From the NCBI GenBank assembly GCA_001949185.1, contig BDGG01000008.1:248001-312000 (forward strand): a stretch of DNA of 64,000 bases, given 5' to 3'. The translations under genes and the position numbers were made by a program. The DNA is from Ramazzottius varieornatus (lineage: Eukaryota > Animalia > Tardigrada). Under the pieces are notes generated by a model. It was not told the origin of the DNA. It saw only the letters and a list, made by a program, of their open reading frames with translations, and did no database searches. Of this stretch, positions 1-10,173 are shown one piece after another (the stretch's first letter is position 1; each line of letters opens with the position of its first letter).

Positions 1-623
1 CCAACTGTGATAAAGATTACAGTACTTTATTCCCCTTCAGTGAGCAATCCTCCACCCGTCTGCTATGCAGTGCCGAAGGTTTCCGCGGCTGATCTCTGCG
101 TGCAGTTCTTCGATCTGCACGTCCGAAACAAGGTTCTGTCAGGTATATACGCAAAATTCGTTGCCTCGTTTTTCCTGTTTCGAGCCTATAATGCTGTAGA
201 TGAAGAGCCGTCGTTCGATGCTTTTAGGGTGTTTACGGATCATCGCCGAAATTGCCAGCCACGAAATATTGAAGAAGGACATCGGATGCATCCATTTCCC
301 TATTTCTTACAAGGAAGCGTTCTTGGCGCGAACGGCCCATCTGATACGGCAGAAAGAGGTGGCTGACAGTCATCAAACTTTATAGCCACTGAAGTTTTGT
401 CAGGAAACATCTTTGTTTATTTTCTTCTGCATATTTCCTCTCAAGTTCCTTGCCTTGGGTTTTTTGCGCAATCTGATTTTCGTTTTGCTCAGGACAGCCG
501 GGAACAGGTGGTTGTACAACATTGTGCTACCAGCCCGGAAGTCGTAAGTCCCTCGATGAAAAAGGTCGCATGCGGTTGGTCTTCAGCTGAGTTTTTGCTT
601 GTTGAAAGCTCCTAAGCTACAAG

Positions 624-1062
624 GAGAACACAGCGGAGTTGCCAGGCATGGTGGANNNNNNNNNNNNNNNNNNNNNNNNNNNNNNNNNNNNNNNNNNNNN
701 NNNNNNNNNNNNNNNNNNNNNNNNNNNNNNNNNNNNNNNNNNNNNNNNNNNNNNNNNNNNNNNNNNNNNNNNNNNNNNNNNNNNNNNNNNNNNNNNNNNN
801 NNNNNNNNNNNNNNNNNNNNNNNNNNNNNNNNNNNNNNNNNNNNNNNNNNNNNNNNNNNNNNNNNNNNNNNNNNNNNNNNNNNNNNNNNNNNNNNNNNNN
901 NNNNNNNNNNNNNNNNNNNNNNNNNNNNNNNNNNNNNNNNNNNNNNNNNNNNNNNNNNNNNNNNNNNNNNNNNNNNNNNNNNNNTCAGAAGATTCGGATG
1001 AGCGGAAGGCAAAAAGTTCGACCTGACAAGTCCACCATGCCTGACAACTCTGCTATGTTCTC
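624..1062. mobile_element. Inverted repeat flanking the gap; possible MITE or foldback element
   Basis: GAGAACACAGCGGAGTTGCCAGGCATGGTGGA (624-655) matches the reverse complement of TCCACCATGCCTGACAACTCTGCTATGTTCTC (1031-1062) at 29/32 positions. Confidence 0.55.
656..984. other. Assembly gap (run of N)
   Basis: Run of N; ORFs crossing it (599..1066, 617..1075, 639..1001) are artefacts. Confidence 0.99.
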
Positions 1063-1516
1063 GTAGTGTATGCATGCGTGGACGGTTTCCGGTTTCATCT
1101 TGTTTACCAGTTTGAGTGGCGCTTCATGTGGCTCGACCTTGTCAGCACAACCTTGTGGAACTGCTTTTTATACTTTTTGCAGTGTGCATTCCTTTTGTTA
1201 ACACTATTACGCAACCGTTTTACAAGCTGAGCACTTTGCAGTTTGCATTCCAAGTGGGAACCATTCCGCTGCGAGACCACGTAGTGACTTCGAACCAACA
1301 TAGTTACGGTAATGAGTTTTTGATCTTTTCCGACACAACAGTTCTCAATACTTAAAATAGGACAGAGCTGCGTAAGAGAATCAAAGAGGGACTTTACGTG
1401 GCAACAATAGGAAACTGAGCTTATCGCCCTTGTACAGAAAAATAAAACTGATAAAAGTAGGATATCTGACTTTGCAAGTATGTCAGCTTGATACAAAAAG
1501 AAAGAAGAACCTAGGC

Positions 1517-3219
1517 CTAAATGCGAGTTGTACGTTGCTGTTCAGTCGTGGTGGTGGTAGAGGTCGCGCCACCAGTGTGGCTGCTGGAGTGCTTCTCAGC
1601 GCTGGTAGAGATGGATCCTTTGGAGATTGTAACGCCGATGGCAGTGTCGAACTTGACATCCACAGCGGTCTGGGCCTTTGCTTCCTCCAAAGCTTCGCGA
1701 GCTGCCTTGCGTTCCAGCTCCAGAGCTCGCATGGCGTACTCGGCTTCCAGCTGGATCTCGCGTTCTTGACGGTTGACTTGGTGCTCAATCATCTCCTTGC
1801 GGAACTCTTGAAAGGAGAAACAATTCGGAAACGAAACTTGGTTCAGCTCAAACTTCCGATCAAAATCGTCAGTTTAATCTTCAAATTAATTCTTTTTGAA
1901 TGATCGAGTTCCTTGCTTACCAAGATCGCGGATGTGTTGTCGTTCCAGAATCTGCCGGATCAGCTCAGCATCTCGTTCAACTTCCTCACGGTACATAGCA
2001 GCTCGTTTGCCAGCATCTCGTTCGTCCTTCGCAGCCAGTGCTTCAACCTGAAAACAAACTTGCTCTTGACGTAACAAGCTAGCACCAACCACTCTATCAG
2101 ATCTGCATAAGTCAAGTTGAAGTAAAGTACCTTGGCCTTGTATCGGGCGTATTCTTCCGGTCCCAAATCCTTGCGCTGCATCTGGGTCAAATCCACCGTG
2201 GTTCCGGCATGGATCTCGGCGCTGGCGCCTCCGCCCAGCTGCAGGTCCAAGGTAGTGTGGATCGGTTGAGCCAACTGGGGAGCTGCCACCGTCAAAGCCT
2301 AAACAAGGAAGTGAGTTACAACAATGAAATCGAGTTCTCCATCCTCAGGTTCGTCAAATGTTGATATCCTCACATTTCTGATTTCGTCACAGAAAGAAAG
2401 GTGTCTCATCTAACCGCGACTGAACCAACCTTGTCTTCCGTGTAGGTGTATCCCGTACGGACGCTTTCCATGTTAGAGCTCTCGAAGGAAGTAACGGGTA
2501 CTGCAAGGACAGCATCAACCAATCAAGCGGGGAAGATCATTTGGTTGACTAGACAGAAACTGGCCGAAACGATGATGCTACATACCGGAGATGACGTGGG
2601 TCTCACTCTGAGTCGCTCCACCGGACGTGTGGTGCTTGATGACATCTGTCTGCTCCCGGATGGTGGAGTGGGCTCCTGTTGGGACGGTAACGGTTCGTTG
2701 CAAGCCGCCGATGGTGGGTCCTCCGGTAGTGGTGGTCACTTCGGTGCGCTGGTAGGTGGTAGCGCCACCACCCATCCCAGAACTGCCACCGCTGTGCATG
2801 CTTCCGCTCAGTCCACTGCTAGCGCTGCCCATCCCCGAGCTGTGGTGATGACTTCCCATGGCCGAACCAGAGCTGGTGTGGGATGACGAGGAATGGCGAG
2901 TTGTGCTAGAAGATCCCATGCCGGAAGTACCGGAAGAGTGGAGCTCGGTAGCAGATCCTTGGTGGCCCATCATTCCGGTAACAGTTGGATCAGGAACCAA
3001 GCCAGCCGGACGCTTGTCCTGGGGTAAGCAGTAAGGTCACAGACCGCCCAGAAGATAACCCAGTGATCTCCAGACAAAATGGGAGAACATACAAACCTGG
3101 AAGTTGAGTGCCGGATCCTCCCCTCCTCGATCAACTCCGACAGTCTTCAGCGTAGCGTTTCCCGTAGAATCGACGTCCACCTTTTCCACACGCTCGAATT
3201 TCTGCTCCTTTCCAGCCAT
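1517..3219 (-). CDS. CAHS: Cytosolic abundant heat-soluble protein, CAHS3-type (~403 aa, 6 exons)
   Basis: Exons 3219-3097, 3018-2586, 2500-2430, 2298-2131, 2047-1921 and 1806-1517 splice in frame via GT-AG introns. The C-terminal region DLGPEEYARYKAKVE...YREEVERDAELIRQILERQHIRDLEFRKEMIEHQVNRQEREIQLEAEYAMRALELER is the CAHS helical motif region, closely resembling Ramazzottius CAHS3 as recalled. Confidence 0.95.
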
Positions 3220-4184
3220 GGTAATGCTTGATGGAAGCGGTGAGAAAAAGAGGAAGAGCTCCTGGAGCAAAAGTTCAAGAGACCAAAGGCACACGCTGAA
3301 GCTCGCGAAAAGAAAGGAGGAACAAGGAATGCCACGGCGCAGGAAAATCGTCGACTGAGCAGATTTATGGAAAGTGCCGCTGCTTGATGGAATCCAAGAT
3401 AACAGCCCTCTGCCTTCCACTTGTACCGTTGTTTGTTGTACGTCTGGAGAGGGAAGCTGGCGCCAGGCGGAGCGACGTAGTCTCGAAAAAGGGACGGAAT
3501 CGTATTCGACGAAATACACCCGCTTCCAATCTTACAGTCATGTCGCTCCGCTTAATGATTGCCGTTCACCATGGGAGAGCGCCACGATCACCTGTTGCTC
3601 TGTAGGAAACGCCCTCAGCGACGGTGAGTTATGACATGACAGTGTTACATCACTCCGGTGCGTAAGGTTGATTGATATCCCGTATCGACGGTATCGTAAG
3701 CACAGCAGTATGTGACTGTAGAAGTGTAGGTCGTAAGTTACCGAAGCTTACCGGGAATTTGAAGCCCGTTGAGATAAAATCAAGATTTAGTTCGAAATTC
3801 CACATAAGGTGCTCAAATACGCAAATGCTTGTCGTGGAGAAGGTGAACAAATTTTTCGTATTAATCTTACACATTCAGTTCAAATTTGTGTTTGGTTTAG
3901 GCGGCCCTACTTCCGAGTTCCGACGATCGGATACACATGGCTTTTGCCGCAGTGAAAAACCGCCATCCATTGCACTGACTCCCAGTTTGTGGTAGTTTTA
4001 AGTACGAAGTACTAAAGTTCCTCGCATCAGGGCACAGCTACATGCTCTCTCAGCGGAAGCGAAAGTGGCAGACAAAAGAGAGGCACATATTACAGTAATA
4101 TACACTCAGAAACCTTCCAGCTCCATGATAAAGCAGCGATAATCGGTAGTTTTGCTTACTTCAAGCATCCAAATTCTGGGAAAT

Positions 4185-4725
4185 CTAACGATCCTGGTGA
4201 ATTACTTTCTTCTCTGTGACAATTGTTTTCTGGACGCCGACCGGTTCGATGCGTCCTCCCGTAGTAAACTCCGAAGCGGACGTGTTGAGCGTGTCCGAAC
4301 CGGTCGAGACGAATGGGCCTGGAATTTGTCCCGGATTCAGGGGAGCGCTTCCAGTTACGGCAGATGGCACCACCCCGATTGGAGTACCTGTTGAGAACAC
4401 CAAACAAAATTTACTTTCCAGAGTGGAGTTGAACGTGAAATTTTAGTGATCCAGACCTGGAGCAACAGGTGGTCTGGCGTCCACATAGTTCATCCCAGGG
4501 TCCTCTTTCCCTCGGTCTTCACGGGAATCCACCAATGTGGCTTGGCCAGACTCATCTACTTGGGCCTTGTCCACTCGCTCGTACTTGTATTCTTTGCCTG
4601 AAATACAAAGCATTTGTGAGTCTCTGTTCGAAGAAGCAACAGCGAACCCATCAGATGTTCTTACCGTCCACCTGTCCCGGAAGAGCTGCCGGGTTAGCGG
4701 ATTGCTCGTGCGTGTGATGAGGCAT
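4185..4725 (-). CDS. Small (134 aa) protein consisting of the CAHS N-terminal module plus a Pro/Gly/Thr-rich tail; no CAHS coiled-coil
   Basis: Exons 4725-4665, 4597-4457 and 4387-4185, joined by two phase-1 GT-AG introns (67 and 69 nt), give an uninterrupted ORF MPHHTHEQ...GKEYKYERVDKAQVDESGQATLVDSREDRGKEDPGMNYVDARPPVAPGTPIGVVP...QKTIVTEKKVIHQDR. Exon 2 aligns with the first ~50 aa of the adjacent CAHS. Confidence 0.8.
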
Positions 4726-5243
4726 AATTCTAGCTTGGGTTTGCTGCACAGGAAGTGGAGAATAGTCAGTCAAAGTACTGGAAAGAGAACAAGGAATTTG
4801 TTAGTGATGAAGAAGTCTGCAACGGAAAAGATAATGACACGTTTTACTGATGAGAAAGTATGGAATGGTATATTCCACCTCGCGCTTGGAAACTATTTAG
4901 CCCGAAGTCGAAATTCCTTAAGGAGGGAAACCGGTTCCATAGCAGATGTCGGTGTCAACATGGCCGCATGTCACAGTCAGGTTAATCATCTTGGTACTCG
5001 TACCACTAAATTGTTTTACTTACCTGCAGTCACCTGCTTCCCAATTATTCAAGCGCTGTTTTCGTCGAACGTCTGCCATCTCTTATCTTTTGTTTACTAC
5101 GAGCTTGTGGGACGACGGCAACAAATGACAGAAGAAAAATGCTGGATCGACCGCTATCGAATTCTGATCTAGGAAAATCCATTCTCGGCCTTTCTCAATC
5201 ATTAATTCTCAGCAAAAATTTGACAATAGTAGAAGCGATTCAT

Positions 5244-5314
5244 GCGAAGCTAGTACAGCGGTAGTATGCCTGCCTTCCAAGCAGGTGATCCGGGTTCGAC
5301 TCCCGGGTTTCGCA
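5244..5314 (+). tRNA. tRNA-Gly (anticodon TCC)
   Basis: 71-nt cloverleaf: acceptor stem GCGAAGC/GTTTCGC, anticodon arm CCTGC-CTTCCAA-GCAGG, T arm CCGGG-TTCGACT-CCCGG, followed by a TTTTT Pol III terminator. Confidence 0.96.
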
Positions 5315-5749
5315 TTTTTGCTTGTTCGAAGGAATGGATTTTCTTGAAACAAAGTCTGCCGCGCATCTACGGCATTAACACAAGGAACCCGGAAGTTAGG
5401 GGCGCAGCGCAAAGTCTAGTTTAATCGTAACAAGGATGACGCAACTCCCACATTCTTTCCTCACGTCGAGTCACAATACCGGTTACTTGGGCGATCAGCT
5501 GATCGATTTTTTCCTTGGCAGCTTCTGGTGAAGTGAAACGAACCTCCAGAACGAGCGTAACAGTTAATCTGGAGGTCCGAAATTCTGTGCTCTCGCTTCC
5601 GGTTAGGCTCGTCCAGTTCTTGGAGCACGGCTATGGTACAACTGTCATAAGCATGTGTAGTCTTTGCTTATCTTCACTTTGACGATCCCATCATAGCCAA
5701 CTTTGCGGAACTGCATCATATCAGGGGATTTGTCCAGCGGAACTTCAAA

Positions 5750-7358
5750 ATGTTGGCATGGTGCCTTGTCGCTGCGGCGCTTGCACTGTTGATCCAGCAC
5801 GTCTACTCTGGAGCGGCCTTCTCCAGGCGTAAGTCAATTTGCCCACCCAGAACATTGTGCGGACAGTGGTGATAATCTGATTCTGATCCTGATTGCTTCT
5901 TTTATCGGTTTCTAGAGAATTCATTCCGCGACCGCAACAACGATGGCGGAGACAGGGGCACAGAACGCCCTCTTCCAGTGGACCCCGATCTAATGGCTTT
6001 CAGGTACGTGCGGTTGCTCCACCCGCGAAATATGCTACGTACTGTAGCTGGATAGCTTCGAGACGGATGATGTAACCCAGAATTCAGTGGCCGTTTGCTG
6101 TTTAGCGAGGAGATCTATCGTCTAGACCAAAAAGGGAACGCTGCACTTGAAACCGTAGACTGGGCTGTGGACACCAGAAGCCGGACCGGAAAGTAGGTAT
6201 GCAAATGACCGTTGCGCAGTTTCAGGATGAAAGGGTATCATGAATGAGTTTTTTATTTGTTGCAGATTGTTCTCAAGAATGAACCAAGCACTGCTACAGA
6301 AGCCAACTTACGCCAAGCTGATAGCGCTGTTGGATCAGTATAATCCCGTAATGGGACAACGGGAAGAGGTGACGCCCGCAGAACGCCGGGACCAGTCGAG
6401 CTTTCTGGATGCGATCTTGGCGACACCGGTAATGCGGAAAACCTGGGACTTCCTCAAAAGCAAAGGTAACGGGGCTTCAGCAACGACGCCATGATATCTA
6501 TGACTTCACGACATGAGCTTTGCTCGTTTAGGTGCCGCGCCATCATCTTCTGCTGATTTCAAAAATCTCCTAAGCCGAATATGGTAAAAGGCTCATATAG
6601 CGCCGCGATATTTGAAGGCACAGATGACAGTCGAAACATATGGAGGCAATGTTTATGGTATCTTTTGAGGTTTACTGTGTACAAACGAAGAGGACAACCA
6701 GACACTTCCGGGTATGTTGCTGGTAGAACTCTGCCTTTGAGGTGGCAGTCACAGATCCCTGAGAGAGGAATGGTTGACCGCTCTTAATCAACTGCAGATT
6801 CGAACATGTGTTTGTTGGAGAGCTCGACGGACCAAGTCCTAATTCACCCGTTAGTGGATTCCATAATTGGGTTCGCTACTATCTGGAAGAGCGATCGGGA
6901 CGCGTGGAGTACCAGCGGTGGAAGGGCCAAATCGATGTAAGGTGTCACTTATTTGCTATTTTGAAGACTTTGCTGTCACTGGTTGATTTTCCAGCCCGAC
7001 ATTTTCGGAATGCAGTTCAAGTGGAATGGACACTCGAAGATGAAAAGTACAATAGTAAGTAATGTTCCTACACGAATAAGGTAATGTGGTGGTTTGTGTA
7101 CCGATCAATCTTTTGCAGCGCATTGGAGAAAGCCCAGAAATGTCGATTGCGGTCTTGACAACCTGCTTCCTGTTGGTTCCCAATAACGAGTGCAAGCTAC
7201 GAATGGGAGGAGGTAAGTTACTTGCGTTCCTTCCGCTTTTGGTAACTGCTCACTGCAATCAACTTCTTGTCGCAGTACCTGTCACTGTCATAACGCACAA
7301 ATGGACAACCAAGAACCCCAACGAATTTTACGTCGCTTCGGCATATTACGACAACTGA
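5750..7358 (+). CDS. ENDOU: Poly(U)-specific endoribonuclease (EndoU/XendoU family) with predicted signal peptide
   Basis: Multi-exon. Motifs PTYAKLIALLDQY, SGFEHVFVGE, GFHNWVRYYLEE and IGESPE; hydrophobic N-terminus MLAWCLVAAALALLIQHVYS. Confidence 0.9.
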
Positions 7359-7559
7359 ATGAGGGGCACGCTGGAGTAGCAGTCTGGCAGGACTGACACA
7401 AGGACCAAAACACGGGAACCATGATTCATTGGTTTGCGATCAAATTTGTTGGGAATTGTAGAATTCTTCTGACAGAAGCTATCATTTGTTTCAAAATAAA
7501 TTCGCATAATTATTTAAGGGATCGGACATATAAACAGACAAATATCTGGAGTTTTTCAG

Positions 7560-9512
7560 ACACTACTTCCTCCTCTTCTTGTGGTCTGGGAGACGGTCTT
7601 ACATTCTAGGTGTGATTGTTCTCAAACCCTCGTTGGATGTCTAGACGTTCGGCCGCGTAACTTGCGGGTTGTAGATGGGGCTACGGGAGATCGCGCGGAT
7701 TCCTCTGACACCGCTGCTCGGTCGTCCCGGCCAGACGGCTTCTCACTTCCACTTGGCACATCTCTATCAGGAGACCTTTTGCTCCGGGCTTTGAACAGAC
7801 AATTTGCGTATGGCTGACTCTTTAGAAGTTTGGGTCCTCATCCCTTGATGCATATCACACTGGTAGGGTGAAATTGTCGGGTTTTGAGCAGCATTTTCCC
7901 CTCCACCGGACTGCCGGATGCTGGATCTTTCGGTGTGGAATGCTCAGTTTTGATACTAGGTCTTGGCTTCTTGGAAAAGTTCGTCGCCTGTTTTACCTTT
8001 TTGGCTGTGCTTATGGGTCTTCGTTTCTTTGACATTCTTTAACGCGGCAGGCTTTTGAGATGCTTGATCTTCGAATGTGACTTGCGCTTCTTCAGCATCG
8101 TATACAGAGCATTCGTCATCAATGTTTGGTGTACGTTACAGGATGCAAACCACACAGTTTTCTGAGACACCGGCTGAGCTCTAATCGCATCCGAGTTCTG
8201 GAACGATGTTACCCTTTCCTCGTCCTGTCTCATTACAGTATTGAAAGGCAGCCTTAGTGGGACAGATGGTGGTTTACTGGCGTCGCCCTCCAGCTCTTCG
8301 TCATCTTCAGATGTCTTGATTACGAGCCTCTCCTTGGTAGTTTCCTTGTGGACAGATGGAGCTGCTTTGCGAGGAGATGGTTTCTGCTTACCTTCTCCAA
8401 CGTTCTCGGTCTTGGCCTGCTTTTTGGTCGATCAATGTTGTGGAGTTGGCTCGAGCTCTTCACCGGCTGCAGACGACACCTGACCTGGCTTAGTCCGTGC
8501 CTGTCCCATGGCGGAAGCCACCGGCTCCATATAGCCTTCTTTGGTGGGACCTTAAGAACCGCGCAGAGTCTTTAGTGGCCTTCGTCCGCGGTATCTTCTT
8601 GTAAGGCCTGGACGTAGTTGGAGCAGGATCTTCTGGCTTAGGCATATCCAGGTCTTCGGAGACCTTCTTCGGACGCACCGGTCGGGTGACGTCCTTCTCC
8701 AGCGCTGCCTTCATTGCGGCACCTTTTACTTGTGCTTCCGGCGTGATGGTTTTACTCCCTTTTGGTTTACTAATCTTTCTCTCTTGCATTACTACTGTGT
8801 CGTCAGCATGATCCGACGCTTTCAAAGCCAAAGGTTTCTTGACATAGTTTGCTTTTAGCTTGGTCGCCTTAAACGCTGCATATTCGTCCTTCGCCTTTTT
8901 GCTCATGTCTATCTTCTTCCGTTTTTCGTAATCCCAGGTGCTTCTGTACTCGTCGTTGTCCGGCTCGTCGAGTTCGTCCAGATCCGTAACTTCACCTTTT
9001 TTATTCGTGATCACGGTCTTCTGGTGTTCTTCCTCGTCAGAATCTTCGCTAGTCACCAACCGCGTATCGATATCAGGTTCCTCCTCTTCTCTTTTCTTTG
9101 ATTCTTCGTCAGACGCACCCGCTTCGGTGTAGGCGGAAGTGAAGTTAGAACCAGCCGGAAGTACTTTCTCAATGACAACATTGGGAGGAGCTGTGACGTG
9201 ACATAATGTATGGCATTCCCAATCGCTATGGCAGATAGAAAATGCAAAATCAACCAGAATAATGTACGTGGTGAAGTGTCACGGTCGTTCCCTTCGGCCG
9301 CTTTCACTTCCTGCACGGCGCCTTTTTGTCGACCTTGATCTTTTCGACCTATTCAGTCTCGTATTCCTTTCCGCGAACCATAACTCCGGCGGGTGCGTCC
9401 ACAGCTTCCTTGTCGTCGTCCTTCTCCTTGCTGGATTCCCCATAGTGTGCATCCTTTGCCGCTTTGTCACGTTTCTCCTGCGCCTTGGGATGATCTGTCT
9501 TCTTTCAGGAGA
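7560..9512 (-). pseudogene. Decayed gene for a large Lys/Glu/Asp/Pro-rich disordered protein, related to the CAHS N-terminal module
   Basis: Codon-like charged reading frames (e.g. ORF 8490..9059) broken by in-frame stops (TAG 9351-9349, TGA near 8432) and frameshifts (near 9325 and 8555). Contains GKEYETE*VEKIKVDKK/GAVQEV and QKTVITNKK. Boundaries approximate. Confidence 0.55.
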
Positions 9513-10173
9513 CTAAAAATCTTTTCAACTCTTGAAAAAAGCTTGCTGCAACATGAACAATGCATGTAACAAGGGCCGAAGCAAAACTCAAAGATCGTAA
9601 TCGAGGGACGATTCTAGCACACAAAGGCTCACCCAGGTGTCAATGGCATCTAGACAAGCTGTTTTGAGTGATGGTAAAACACCGATACTGGATCCACTCC
9701 ATAAACTTGTTTCTAACACCTCAAATTCAAGATGAAGAGTTTTGTGGAGCTGGCTCTTTTAGGTCAATCCAGCCAAACATGCCTTCCGGGCTCAGACACC
9801 TCACAAAGAACCAACTGTAGCCTAACGTAAGGATAATCCCATCCGCAAACAATATTTGGTTTTCTGTGCCATAAAAGTAAGAACCATTCGTTACAAAGAG
9901 TAAGGACAAAAGAATCGTTGGGGTTTAGCTCTGAGGGGTCTATAAATACCACAATTCGGACGAAATGGGACGAAACCTCGTCATGGAAAGAATCACTGGT
10001 AAGTACAGCGTATTCGATCACGAAAAAAAGTCCAGCAAAAAAGTCTAGGGAAAACAGTTGGTCGGTGATAAGAAAACCCAAAGCTGCGTGACCGAGTCGA
10101 AAGTTTTGCTACGTAAAACAAGACGGGACCGGAAGTAATAGACACCATTGACAGTATCACGAACCGACTTTCG

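Noticed and set aside
7-615. ORFs before the gap
   Set aside because: No recognisable motifs, non-ATG starts and no coherent exon chain.
7560-9512. Calling the charged disordered gene Dsup
   Set aside because: Only compositional resemblance; no recognisable Dsup sequence or HMGN-like motif.
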